Shown in pieces: positions 40,239 to 54,127 of a stretch of DNA of 64,000 nucleotides; position 1 is the first letter of the stretch; each line of letters opens with the position of its first letter. The position numbers were made by a program, and so were the translations under genes. The stretch spans positions 23,057-87,056 of the forward strand of contig CAXHJY010001058.1 of assembly GCA_964016885.1 (NCBI GenBank), read 5' to 3'. The notes under the pieces are model-generated. The model did not search any database. It was not told where the DNA came from and saw only the letters and a list, made by a program, of their open reading frames with translations. Origin of the DNA: Eledone cirrhosa. Its lineage: Eukaryota.

Positions 40239-40334
<96 letters not shown>

Positions 40335-40694
40335 ACATGGTCGGCTGTATAAAAAGGGTTTATTTACAGTATTAACAATTGTTTCATTGATCAGGTGAGT
40401 CTAAAGGCCGCTGATCACTCGAAACTGTACAGCCGACCATGTTGTTGTTCACTCTTTCACTACTATTACTCCAAGAATGACCTGCATGGGAATTCTCGCA
40501 AAATCACTACCTAACTATGGAAACCTCTTGTTGAGTCAAACAACTCCGTACGTTAAAACTATCCACAATACAGAGTACTCACAACCTCTAACTGGATTAC
40601 CTAAAACGATAACTTCTTATCCCATATATATATATATATATTCCAAGGCTGGAATTGAACCATCAGCACAGTTGAGCTATGTCAGACATCAATT

Positions 40695-40760
40695 TATTTC
40701 ATCTGATGAGGACATACTGAGGAAACAGCACAGTACCTCTGAAATATATATAATAAAATA
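40695..40760 (+). ncRNA. HHR-like motif in a degenerate PLE-like 3' region
   Basis: CTGATGA (40703-40709), GG..TACTG...CAGTA.CC hairpin, then GAAA-TATA-TA. Confidence 0.5.
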
Positions 40761-40897
40761 TATTTGATCACATGAATGTCTATATTTATTAATATTTTGA
40801 ATTAATATTAATAACTCCAGAAAACTCAGTTGAGTGCTTCTAATCTATTGTAAAACTATATTCATTGATTAATCAATGAACCTTGTTTAACTTTTGG

Positions 40898-40983
<86 letters not shown>

Positions 40984-41013
40984 GTGAAGACTAAAATCCA
41001 AAGAGGGCTCGAT

Positions 41014-41070
41014 AAGTTTCAGAAGATAGATCCCGTTAAGGGTGAAAGCAGCGATTCTCTGCTTAAACTT
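41014..41070 (+). ncRNA. Type I HHR variant (CAGAAGA core); family pieces also at 27250-27330, 29035-29080, 59445-59625
   Basis: AAGTTT | CAGAAGA | ..CCC-GTTAA-GGG.. | GAAA | GCAG-CGATTCT-CTGC | TT | AAACTT: 6-bp stem I and full stem III. Confidence 0.65.
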
Positions 41071-41085
41071 TAATCTGTTATATTA

Positions 41086-41163
<78 letters not shown>

Positions 41164-41294
41164 GTGAGTTTTTTTTTACAAAATGAAAAATAACCGAGGT
41201 GTCCTACACGAGTGAAAGTATAAAGAAAAAGAGATGAAATCGAAAATGCAACTGGAGTCTTATTTTTTTTTTAAATATATATATTTATTTGGTT

Positions 41295-41332
41295 CCTTTA
41301 CCGGTTTCGCAGTTCTTCGGCTTTTCAAAAGG
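41295..41332 (-). ncRNA. Minimal HHR with U3:A8 core
   Basis: Reverse complement CCTT-TTGAAAA-GCCGAAGAACTGC-GAAA-CCGG-TA-AAGG. Confidence 0.7.
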
Positions 41333-41366
41333 TGAGTTGAGATGGAGGGTCTGTGGTTTTTTCTCA

Positions 41367-41413
<47 letters not shown>

Positions 41414-41415
<2 letters not shown>

Positions 41416-44400
41416 ACATTGATAGGTTTCGGCCAGTATTGGCCCAGGCCATGTCTAACTTAATAGCACCACCTGGCGAAGTCTTACAAATCAATGTTTG
41501 GGCACCATGGCCCACTCGAGCAGAGAGTTATTGTTTACGGAGGCATATCCGGGTGTAGGAGGCTTATCCGGGATTTCTTGAAGGAATTTATCCAAAGACT
41601 TCTTGAACTTGATGTGGTCTGTCTCTGCTTTGATGTGTTTTGGTGTAATATTAAAGAGTGCAGGGCCAATTGAGGTGAAATAATTGTGCCGTATTGTTGT
41701 TATGTGATGCGAGTGGGATTTTTGTCGTGGGCGGATAGCACGGGGCCCAAGCCTTGGGTGTATACTAAAGATGATGCCAACATCATTTGGGCTAAGCTGA
41801 TGGAATATTTTCCACATCATACAGATAATGTAGCGCTCACGGCGACGTTGAAGAGAATAAAGTTTGAGCTTTTCTAATCGACCCCAATAGTCACGGCCTG
41901 TCATGCCAACTATCTTTTTTGTAATTGACCTTTGTTCTGCTTCAACTTTCATGATACTTTTTTCGTGTGGGGTGACCACAGTGGACAACAGTATTCAAAG
42001 TGGGGTCGGGCTAAAATAGAGAAGAGAAGGAAAACAGTGTGGATATCTCTTGACTGGAAAGTTCTGAGAATCCAGGAACACATTCTGCGGGCCATATCAA
42101 CTTTGCTGTTTATATGAGTGGCCCAGCTTATATTGTTGTCCACAATTACTCCCAGGTCTCTGATGTTATTGGAAGCCACTAGAGTTTCACCCGAAGGAAG
42201 AGAGTATGGTAGTTTCAGGGCATCCTTTTTTCCAAAGTGGATTAGTTCAAATTTATCCTCATTCAACAGCATATTATTCATTTCTGCCCATTGGATAACA
42301 GCCAGTAGGTCTGACTGAAGGCAAGTCCGGTCACCCACCTCATTGATGACCCTTTGGAGCTAGGAATCATCTGCGAAGATTCTGATGTTACTGTGTTTGA
42401 TAATGTCAGTACTGTCATTAATGTAGATGATGAAAAGAAGTGGACCCAACACAGTGCCTTGTGGGACGCCACTGCTGACTTTGGCAGGGCTTGATTTTAC
42501 TCCTTCGACTACAACATGCTGGGTTCTGCCTGTCAGGAAACATTTGATCCACTGTAGTAACCTTCCAGAGACACCAACATTGGATAGTTTTTTCAGTAGA
42601 ATCTTATGATCAACCCTGTCGAAGGCCTTGCTGACTTCAAGGTAGATGACATCAGTGTTGGAGCCCTCTCCCAAGGCTCTCAAAACATCGTCAAAGTGAT
42701 GCAGGAGCTGCGTTAGGCAGTCCCTTCCATTACGGAACCCATGTTGGTTGGAGTTCAGTAGGCCGTTGCTTTCAAGAAAGTGGGTTATTCGTGACCTCAC
42801 CACCCTCTCAATTACCTTGATAATATGAGAGGTGAGTGAGATCGGACGGTAGTTCACTGCAAGGGACTTATTTCCCTTTTTGAAGACTGGGACAACGGAC
42901 TGGGACAGAAAGTTTTCAGGAATATAGCCAGTGTCCAGTGAGTTCCTCCACAGATTAACAAGCAGGGAACCTGTCGAGGCCTACTGCTGAATTGTGTTTA
43001 ATTTCGTTTATTGCCGCTAAGACATCAGGGGCGCCAAACGTTGTGTCTGATATAGTGTGTTGGGGGTTAATATCACTGATACGGCCCAGATCGGCCATAT
43101 CAGGGTTGCTGAAAACAGAGCAGTATTATTTCAGCAGTATCTCGCCCATGGTTTTGGCATTGTCCTGGAGTGTGCCATTTTCATCAACTAGGGGGCCAAC
43201 AGTGGAGACGGTGACCATGTGTTTTTTAGCGAATGAGAAGAACACTTTGGGGTTGAGTTTGATTTTCTCAATGGCCCACCTCTCTTCAGCTATTCTCTGG
43301 TTATTGATAATGGTCATCATGCATTGCTGGAGGTTATATTTTTTTGACTCAAGCAAGGTGATAGCCATTGAATGTGTGTGTGTTGCTGTTGGCAGTATTT
43401 TAGTGTGTTAATTTTTTTGTTTGTTCTTTTTATTTTTCTGATAATCGTTTTTCTGTTTTGGGGATACTGCACTTGGTTTTTTTTACAGGTTTTGGTGGGG
43501 TGTGTTTTGTACATATATTTGTGACAGTGTCTACAAAGATCTGCCAAGATGTTTTGATGTTGGTGGAAGTGTGTGCGTGTGTAAAAGACCAGTCGACATG
43601 TGATAGTTCGTTCATAATTGCATCCCAGTTGGCATTGTAGAGATCCATGTTGTCAAATGGGTGGGCTGGAGAGAGGACCCTGGGATTAGCTTTCGACTGG
43701 TGGAATCTCAGGTTACAAAGAACCATGTCATGGTCTGAGAGAAGGGTTTTTTCCACTGTAATATTATGTATAGTGTTAGTGTGGTACTAAACACTAGATC
43801 CAGAATGTTCTTCTGCTGCCTCGTTGGTACAAGGACAAGTTGGGACAAGAAAAACTCATTCATGAAGTCAAGAAGTGACTCGACAGCCTCTTTGTCAGTG
43901 GTTGAGGCTGTGGAGCCTGGTTTCAAACTACATGTAAACCAATCGACACAGGGTAGATTAAAGTCTCCCATCAAAAGTATGTTGCTAGAATGGCACTGTT
44001 TAATAAAGCATTTAATACTGTTGAGGCATTCTTTGAAACAGATTATGGGTGTTTGTGGCGGCCTATAAAGCCCAACTAATGTCAGGTCATTGGCTTTATT
44101 GTGCACAGTGACTGATTCACAGTATCCATTAGAGAATGTTGTGTTGCCATCTGCCGTAAAGGAATCATGTCGCAAAATGGCAGTTCCACCCTTCCTTCTG
44201 CCAACACGATCCGCACGGATGGTTGTGAAATTTCTCACTCTTACTTCGGCCTCCAAGTGGGAGTTGTCAAGGTGGGTCTCAGTATCAACCCAATCCTCAA
44301 TGAATTGGATCTTCCATTTCTGTGCATTAATGGATGGGCTGATACCTTGTGTATTGAGTAAGAATGTGGAGGCTAGAGTGGTGGCTGGTTTTGACTGTTG

Positions 44401-44500
44401 CAGGGGGCTTGTTTTGTGATCGTGTGTTAGTGACAGCAAGGTTGGTGTTGGGTGATGGCTAAAATATTTTTCTCTATCACTTTTGCCAGGTTCATGGCTA
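41414..44500 (-). mobile_element. Degenerate CR1/L2-group LINE (APE + RT ORF2, several frameshifts and an internal deletion)
   Basis: APE motifs (GG.AI, LYRPP, LMGDFN, NILDLV, SDH) at 43430-44439; RT motifs (YRPISLTS, QHGFR, SKAFDRVDH, GVPQGTVLGP, FADD) at 42360-42857; C-terminus LYSLQRRRER. Confidence 0.93.
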
Positions 44501-44829
44501 AAAAAGAAAGATTTTTTTTTTATTCAGGGAGCAGCTTTTGATTGGATTTGTGGTTACAACATTGGATAGGGTTGCAGTTCCCCCTTTTGTTGTTGTTGTT
44601 GTATTTGTTGTAATTGTGTCTTTGTGAAAAGACTGGAGCAGCATTACTTTTGTTGTTGTATATATATATATATACATATAGGCATTCAGTTATACAGACA
44701 GTGGTAGAGTGATAGACAGACAAAGAGGAACGCTGAGAGGTAGATAAACAAACATATAGAGAGAGACTTATACACACACACGCGCACGCGCATACACACA
44801 CACACATACATACACATACACTCACATGG

Positions 44830-45392
44830 TTAAGATAGACAGTGACAAAGAAAGAAAAAGAGATAGACAAAGAGAGAGAACGACAGACATAGATAGACTG
44901 ACAGTGATAGACTGAGAGACATAGACTGTCAGGGATAGTGACAGATTGACTGACAGAGATAGTGACAGAGAAAGACAGACATAGCTAGACTGACAGAGAT
45001 ACTCAGAGATACACACAGAGACAGCGTGATAGATATAGACAGAGAAAGACAGACATAGATAGATAGACTGATAGAGATAGAGAGTGACGGAGAAAGATGG
45101 AGGAAAGGAAAGACTGATAGAGATAGCCTGATAGAGATAGGCTGACAGAGAAAGACTGACAGAGATAGACTAATAGACTGACAGAGAAAGACTGATAGAG
45201 ATAGACTAACAGAGAAAGACTGACAGAGATAGACTAATAGACTGACAGAGAAAGACTGATAGAGATAGACTAACAGAGAAAGACTGATAGAGATAGACTA
45301 ACAGAGATAGACTAATAGACTGACAGAGAAAGACTGATAGAGATAGACTAACAGAGAAAGACTGACAGAGATAGACTAATAGACTGACAGAG
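44830..45392. repeat. GACA/GATA-derived minisatellite downstream of the Tx1-like LINE; similar tract at 50990-51290
   Basis: AGAGATAGACTAACAGAGAAAGACTG-type units. Confidence 0.9.
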
Positions 45393-48300
45393 AATAGGTT
45401 ACATATAAATCGAGTAAGAAAAATGTAATAAATAAAATTGTAACAGGAAGGTCCTCAATAGGGAGCGATCGTTTTGGGGTCACACGCACCCCCGAAAAAA
45501 AATGTGCGACCCTTCTCCACGGGAGCACAAAGAGAGGGTGCTCCCTTCTTCCTTTTCCACCTACAGGCTGAGGTAGAGAGAGGGCCCATTCACTCGGGCC
45601 ATTCTCGCAACTTTCACCCACCTTTCATAAAACTGGCTGGGGTGGAGCACCTCTCTCTCCATCCTGATCCTTCTTCCGAAATGGTATCGGAAGAAAAGGA
45701 CCAGTTGTTGGCCGGAAAGAAAGGTGTCCGACCTCAGCCCTTTTAGACGCGTCCACCATACAACCTCTTTTACCATGGCTATTACACAGAGGAAGACCGC
45801 CTCTCCTTCATTTTTGAAGGGGGGAGGCGGCTTGATCGTTACAATGGACTCGGTGGTCAAACTAATTGGTCCCACCCGTGACAGCAGTTGTTCGACATAG
45901 CCCCACAGATCGGCAACGCCCGGGCAGTGCACCAATGCGTGCGCGACGGTTTCCTCGTCGCGCACGCATCTGGGACAGATCTTTTTCGAGGGGTCCCTAC
46001 CCGGGCCCCGTGTCTGTAGAGCTTATCCCGAACGAGCAGAGCCCCTCGGTAGCACTGCCAGGCCAAGGACTTCTGGAAGTGGTCCATAGGTCCCGGGCCG
46101 AAAGTCCTACCGAATAGGCTGGCCAGTTCGTCCTCCTCCATGCCTAGGGTTTCTCCGAGGGCGTCGTCTCACCTGCTAACCACCAGCCCTCTATAGAATG
46201 ACGAGGTGAGTCTCCACCGATAGCCTGCCAGAGAGCCGTGAGCGCCTGGGCACACTCGGTGTGCCAGTCGCCCAGTTTTCTCGGTCTTTGCTTCACCCAG
46301 GACTGAAGCTCGGTGTGCGAGACGAGCCTCGGGAAGGCTCTCTTCACAAACGGGGCCCACACCGGTTGACCGGTGAGGAATACCTGGAGGTGCCGTAGCC
46401 TCAATGCGTGTTTACGCATTTTTAGCCACAGCATCCCCAGCCCTCCTTTCAAATGGTGTTGACAGCAGATGGATCTCCTCACTAGGGGAGACCTCTTCTT
46501 CCAAAGGAAGTGAAAGCGAGCGCGCTCTATTTTGGCGAGGATCTCACACGGGCAAGGCACGACAGTCAAGCGGTAATAGATGACGGACGCTATGTAAGCG
46601 TTCGCCACCTCCGCCCGACCTTTCAGGGACAGTTTGCACTCGGCCCACTTCTGGGTCAGTGCAAGCACCCTATTCGTCACCTCACCCCAGTTTTTCTCCA
46701 CCTGGAGGTCCGGTCCGAACCAGACCCCAAGCAACTTCACCGGTCCCTCCCTCCACCGTCCGACGATACCGTCGGACGACATCGGTTTGCCCCTCCACTC
46801 GCCGAGTTGCAAAGCGACTGACTTGTCCCGGTTCAGCTTAGCCCCTGTCAACCTTTCGTACTCCTCCAGTAAGGTGCCGATTGCCTCGATTTCTGCGGTG
46901 GTCGACACCATTACTGTTACGTCATCGGCGTAGGCCGACACCGCTTTGCGCAATCCCGGTCCCAACGGGATGCCCTGCAACAACTCCAACTTCCGCAGTA
47001 ATGGCTCGAGAGCCAATACATACAGAATGGAGAAGAGAGGGCACCCCTGTCGGATGGAGCGGGTGATTTCGAACGGCTCCGAGAGGTAGCCGTTCACCTT
47101 GACTCTAGAGCAGATGCGGCTGCTGTGCATGGCAGTGATCCAGCCCCTGAAAACGGATCCGATACCAGCCGCCGCTAGCACCGCATCCAGGTAACTATGG
47201 TCCACCCTATCGAAAGCTTTAGACTGATCTAAATTTATCAGGGCCCCACCAAAGCCGGGTTCGTTCCCAACCCTCTCTATGATGTATCGCATGAGGTGGA
47301 GGTTGTCGTGGATGGAGCTGGACAGGATAGCACATTTCTGCGCATCTCCCACCAAGCTCCCCACGACAAGCGCCAACCTCTTCGCTAACACCTTGGCCAA
47401 AATCTTTAACTCTGCATTTAGCAGAGTTATGGGCCTAAAATTACTATCTCATCCTCCTTGTTCTCGTCCTTCCTTACTAGCGAGACTACGCCCTTGGTCA
47501 CAGAACAGGGAATTCTCCCGTTCTATTGCGAGTTGCAGTAGACCGCTTCGAGGAGATCGGGGAACAAGTCCGGCATATTAATATATAGTTCGTCGGGCAG
47601 ACCATCAAGCCCTGGAGATTTTTGTTTGCCGCATAGGCTCAGCACGTCCCCTATTTCAGCAGCTGAGATCGGCTCGTCGCAGGACCTCGCCTCCTTGTCT
47701 AAAAGACGCGACAGGCCGTCGAGGTATGGACAGAAATCGACATCTCCAACCGGCCCCCTGCCCCTCCCGAACAATCGGGCAAAGTGCCTTTGAAAGGCCT
47801 CGCACATCTGCTTAGGTTCAAGGATCACCCGTCCATCCTGGTCTTGCAAAGAGCGGATAGTGGATCTAATCCCACTTTTGGCTTCTGTCACGCGGGCCCA
47901 GCTAACAGCTTTGGTCCCCTCGTTTCCCAGAGCACGTATTTTGCTTCGGACAACGCAGCCTTCGTGTTTCGCGTCGAAGAACTGGCTCAAGGCCGTTCTC
48001 GACGCTTGCACTCTGGTCACGTTGCCGATTCTCATTGCCTCTTCAACATTAACTACCAACTCCCTTTCCTTCCTATTTCTATCTGGGGCTAACTCCTTAC
48101 TAACTCCTATTGAAACTACTCTAATCTCTCTTTTCAGAGAGCCCCACCACCTGCTGTTGACGATGGCGCCCGTCAACCGCTCCTTAACTATGGTTCTAAT
48201 CCGGTCTCTGTAAGCTCTATTTGCCGCTAAGGACAAGTTGAGCTTCCAGTAACCGGGTCCCTGCCTATGCGTTCTATCAAGGTGGACTACGCAGATCACT

Positions 48301-50990
48301 AACTTGTGGTCTGAATAGCCCACCATGAGCATTTCTGGACAAGTTAAAAAGTCCCTATCCTTAATTCTAACTAAGAACCTATCTAAGTACGATCTAGATT
48401 GACCGCTATGGTTTGTCCAAGTCCAGGTTGGCACAGTCGGAAAATCTAGTCGATATCTATCGGCCAGGTCAAATCGGCCGATTAACCCCTTGAGGTTGTT
48501 ACACCCCCTCTATCGGGACATGCCCCTACATAGTCCCAACGTGCATCTAGGATATCATTCCAGTCCCCCATTAAAAGCAAGGAGCGGGACGTCCCTAGAA
48601 AAGTCTCCAGACGATGGAAGAAGTCCGACCGCATTGCCCCAAAAGGAGCGTAAACGGCGACAAGCCTAAAAGCTTCGCCTTCACCACTGCCAAGGTTCAG
48701 AACCACGAGCCGACCCTCCGGGTCCAAGTGTACAGTCTGTGTAGCGAGACCCAGATGTTTTTGCAGCAGAACGACAACCCCACCCCCATCTCCGAGCTGA
48801 CAGAGAGATGCGTGCATCTCAAAGTCATCAAAGGTGGGGGCTAGTTGTCGCATGCTGCTGATCCGGGCCTCGCAAATAACCATCACATTTATACATCGTG
48901 ACCTGAGGTCATTTAGAAGTTTAGCTTGCTTCCAAGGTGAGCCCAGGCCACGCGCATTTAGACAACCTACTCTTAACACAGCCATGTTGGTGGTAAAGAA
49001 AGAGGCACTTACCTCTCTGCGTCCTGGGGTCCGGGCTGTTCAGTTTCCATAGGGGTGGTGGAGGGGTTGTTGGGTGGGGTGGTGGTTTGTGGTGGTGTGG
49101 GGGTATTAGTGTGTGGAGGGGTTGGGGTGTTTGGAATTGTGTGGGTGTTTGAGGATAGGAGGGGAAAACCTTTCAGGAGGACGCGGTTGAGTGGCCTGGT
49201 GCAGGGTGGCCCCACGTCCTCAGGGTAAATGTTTTTCAATGTTTTGAAAATGTCAAGTGGGACCTTCACCATTTTCAGGTGAGGGAGTCCCGTTGCCATT
49301 GTAAAATTCGGCCCTTCGATTTGTACCGAAGGGTTGTTGTTTATTTTGTCTGTTAAGTTTTTATTGTTTTTGTTTATGTATGTGTAGAGTTTTTGTGTTG
49401 TGTTTGTTTTTGTTTGTTGTTCTTGGGTGAGCTTGCGTTTTGTTGTCTGTGTTGTGTTGTCAGGTGGGGTTATTTTTGTTTGTGTGGTGTGTGTACGTTT
49501 TTTCCTTTTGACTTTTTGGAAGGGAGCCCCCTCGTCTTCCGAGGATATGAGCTCCTCTTCCGTATTGGAGGGGAGGGGCATATTGCCAGGTTGTGTTTGC
49601 ACTGCGTGTGTTTTTGTATTTGTGTTCTGTGGAGTGGGGCTGGGTGGGATCGTGTTTTGGGTTGTTTTCTTGAGCTGTTGTTGTTGGTGTTGTTGTTGTG
49701 GTGATGGTGCTGGAGGTGGTGTTGTTGGTTTTTGTTGTCGTTGTGGTGATGGTGGTGATGGTGGTGTATTTTGTTGTTTTTGTGGTGGTGGTGCTGGTTG
49801 TTTTTGTTGTTGTTGTGGTGTTTGTAGCAGTGTTTTTTTTTGTTGTTAGTAGAGGGTAGGCAGTCCTCAGGTGACCTCTGCCAGCGCAGTGGTAACATGA
49901 GGGCCTCCTGCCTTCCACCGTAATATTAATAAAAGTTCGACCATCCAGTAGTACTCGGTCGGGTATTCCGGCGATTCTCTCTGGTGTCATCTGTATGAGA
50001 ACCTCCAGACATTTCCCCCCGAAGAGTCCACTGGTGGACTCACCTGCTGATATTAGAATGTCCTTTTCTAGGTCCGTGAATCCTGTCAGGACGGACCAGA
50101 TGTCTACTTCTGGCGTTGAGCTCCACATTCTTAGTCTTTGAGTTCTTCTTCCTTTATATGTGGGGAAGAAGGTGTATTGTGGTGACAATATAGGTGCCAC
50201 CGAGCATTTTCGAGCCAGCATTTCGTCCTTCATTCGGACCATAAGCTGGCACTAAGCTTTCCTCTTTCAATAAAGAGTATGTCTTTTTTTATGTCTTTCA
50301 GAACCAGCTCAATTTGACTTTCTGTCAATTGAGCTGGTTTTCTTGTTGCGTTGGATATAGTTCTGAAAGTTATGGTATTCCTATATGCCTGTTGACGAAC
50401 TTCTTCTGGGGAGTTGATCGTAAAAGAACCATCCTCCCCAAAAGATACGTATTTTCTGGCATTTAGCAAGTTTTGCTTTGCGTTAGTAATGTCTATGGGT
50501 TTGTATTCGATCGTTTTTTTGACCGTTTGGGCAAAAGAAATGTTGCTGTCTTTGTTGTTTTCGTTTCGTTCATTGTTGTTTGTTGTTGCAATGTTGTTGG
50601 TTTTATTAATTCCATTTTTTGTGGTATTATTTTTTTCCTTGTTATCCTTTTCAAAATTTGGATTTTCACTCGAATTAACAGTGTTTTTTCCATTCGAGAG
50701 GAGGGGTAGTTCAACAGTTTGAATTGTTGTTCCCTCTTTCTCGCTTTTTTTTTTGGTGGCCGTGGCGTTAGCTTGCAATATGGCTTCCTCGTTTTTAACG
50801 ATATCGATAAACATTTTAAATTAAAGATTTTAACCCCAAAAGGGGCGAAAATATATTTACCCTACGTCTACAGTCCCAGACGAGGGGTTAGAGTCAACAA
50901 TAATAACAAAATTCAAATAACACACTCACAAATAACCAAGTACTGATTCAAAATCGAAGAGCGGATGTGAAAGACGTCCACTATCAACGA
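45392..50990 (-). mobile_element. Near full-length Tx1/L1-clade LINE, frameshifted
   Basis: ORF1 pieces at 50814-49009 with a degenerate knuckle CYHCAGRGHLRTAY. ORF2 at 48985-45561 has APE (LNARGL, MGDWN, LDRF, SDH, WKLN), RT (KSPGLDG, DQSKAFDRVDH, IRQGCP, YADD) and a C-terminal ET..H....C motif. Confidence 0.93.
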
Positions 50991-51436
50991 CAGACAGATA
51001 GACAGACAGACAGACAGACAGTAATACAGACAGACAGACAGTGAGACAGACAGATGTGAGATAATCAAAGAAACATACAGATAGACAAACGGATAAGACT
51101 GATACAGTAAAAGACAATTAGACATCTAGACAAATAGACAGACAGATATGCAGATAGACAGACAGACAAACAGATTAGACTGATAGAGTAAAAGACAATT
51201 AGACATACAGACAAATAGACAGACAGACAGATATATATATGTCTTTTACTCTATCAGTCCAATCTGTCTGTCTGTCTATCTGTCTATATATATATATAGG
51301 AAAATGTATGACCCCGACGGCAGAGCTCAAGCCGTTTCGACGGCTATTTCTGGACCTATTACCCACTCTACTACCTTAAGTATTGAGTACTCTGGTGCGT
51401 TATGGTCCATCTGGTTCCTTACCACAACTCCTTCGT

Positions 51437-51538
<102 letters not shown>

Positions 51539-51606
51539 GTTCTGATATAGATGAAATTCTACAGGACTAGAACTGTTTTATTCTTTAGAAATCATTAGGA
51601 ATAACT

Positions 51607-51686
<80 letters not shown>

Positions 51687-51916
51687 AGTTATTCCTAATG
51701 ATTTCTAAAGAATAAAACAGTTCTAGTCCTGTAGAATTTCATCTATATCAGAACTATATATATATATATATATATATAAATACACAGAGGTATCCACAGT
51801 AGGTTGTGGGGTCTATTCTGCATGAAGAACTCGGTGTAATCCATATGTTGAAAATGTTGTAGGTTAAGATAAATCTCGGAAAACAATAAAACATTAAAAG
51901 GAAAACAGAGTCATGA

Positions 51917-52308
51917 TATAAGTTAAAACAATGAAATAAAAAATCAAGTCATTAGAGATATACTTCACTGCTTTACGATCGTTTCTAGATGATGATAATA
52001 CATTGTAGCTATACTCCGTTATTGATCTATGTAAGGTTAGTTACAAAATATCAAATAAAGAGAATATTTACTTACATGCATATCACCAGCTGTTTTCAAA
52101 AGCAATAATGCTTTTGAAAACATTATTGCATTTGAAAACAGCTGGTGATATGCATGTAAGCAAATATTCTCTTTATTTGATAGTTTGTAACTAACCTTAC
52201 ATAGATCAATAACTGAGTATAGCTACAATGTATTATCATCATCTAGAAACGATCGTAAAGCAGTGAAGTATATCTCTAATGACTTGGTTTTTTATTTCAT
52301 TGTTTTAA

Positions 52309-52314
<6 letters not shown>
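51917..52314. repeat. Palindrome (~190-bp arms); each arm carries a U3:A8 HHR with a 107-nt stem II domain (51969-52104 minus; 52127-52262 plus)
   Basis: TGCTT-TTGAAAA-CAGCTGGTGAT...ATCATCATCTA-GAAA-CGATCG-TA-AAGCA. The arms differ by a few substitutions. Confidence 0.8.
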
Positions 52315-52356
<42 letters not shown>

Positions 52357-52989
52357 GATCGATCGACTTTCGTCAAATCGGAACGAGGAAACAATGTTTC
52401 CGTTGGACTTTCCAGTTGCTAGTACTGTCTATCGGTCGCAACTCCAGGTAGAACGAGCAACGTGAAATAAAGTGTCTTGCTCAAGGACATAACGCATCGT
52501 CCGGTTCAGGAATCAAACTCACAACCTCAAGATTGTGAATCCAATTCTCTACCACTCAGCCACACGCCTTCATATGTATATATACAGTATATATGTGTAT
52601 ATATATATATATGTGTGTCAGTGTTGAACAAAAAGTTGACGATGGTTGCTAGACACTGTACGGCGTAATTCGGGCTGTTTGTTTACAAACAAACCGAACA
52701 TTATAATAAATGTTCGTTAAACCCATACGTGCATATATATATATATATGTGTACATGTATGTATATATATACATACTACTGTACGTCTGTATACATATAT
52801 GTATGTACGTATACATACTTACATTTAAGTATCAGCCGTACTAAGAGTGAGAAATGAAATTTCGTTTCATCCTTTTCCATGTATATATATATATATATAT
52901 ATAACGAGATAGATAGATAGATAGGTAGGTAGATAGCTAGATAGATAAATGAGAGAAAGAGAGGGGGAGAGGGAGAGACTGTGTGAGAG

Positions 52990-53043
<54 letters not shown>

Positions 53044-53353
53044 TATGGTGTAAGTGGACAGAGTTTGTGAGATAAAAATAGAAAAATATGAGGAATTCAA
53101 AAGAAATGGGAGAATATAAAGGAAGATGTAGCTGCATTTCCTGATTGTTGTGTGTCCACCACGTCCTCATTCACCTACTCCTCCTACTCCTCCTGCCCCT
53201 CTCTTTGCTGTCCTCTCACACATCAAACAGTGGAGAAAGAACAAAGAGAACAAAGGTAAAGGAAGTTAAACTAAATACAGATCCATACACACACACACAC
53301 ACACACACACATACACACACAGACACACACACACATATATATATATATGTATG

Positions 53354-53415
<62 letters not shown>

Positions 53416-53450
53416 GCAGTGTAGCCTAATCAGTTTGGAGCTAGAGGTAT

Positions 53451-53545
<95 letters not shown>

Positions 53546-53554
53546 ATATATATA

Positions 53555-53652
53555 CAGGGTGGCCCCAAAATATGTGTACACACTTCAACAGCTTTCTAAT
53601 AAATAGGTAATCAAAGGTAATCAAAGTGTGTATACAATTTTGGGGGACACCC

Positions 53653-53654
<2 letters not shown>
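53555..53654. mobile_element. 100-bp Tc1/mariner-type MITE
   Basis: ~31-bp imperfect TIRs CAGGGTGGCCCCAAAAT... / ...ATTTTGGGGGACACCCTG, flanked by TA. Confidence 0.8.
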
Positions 53655-53688
<34 letters not shown>

Positions 53689-53728
53689 CATACATATATA
53701 TATATATGTGTATATATATATATTTATG

Positions 53729-53809
<81 letters not shown>

Positions 53810-54052
53810 CAGTACAGCATAATCGGTTTGGAGCTAGAGCTAGAGTTAGAGCTAGTTGTACACCTAAGACTTTCATTCCTCCATCTTGGTAGAGGCAGCG
53901 GAGGGGTGAGTGGTATTATAGAGTGGAGTGGGGAAAGATGACGTTGATGGAGATACATTCAGAAGAGGAGATTACCGAAGATGCAAAGGAAATAAGGAGA
54001 AAGAACACAAAAAGAACGAAAACTTAGAAATGACAGATAGATAGACAGACAG

Positions 54053-54127
<75 letters not shown>

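Noticed and set aside
41420-41455. GGCC-AATACT-GGCC-GAAA hairpin at the LINE 3' end as a hammerhead
   Set aside because: No CUGANGA-like box; more likely the LINE 3' recognition stem-loop.
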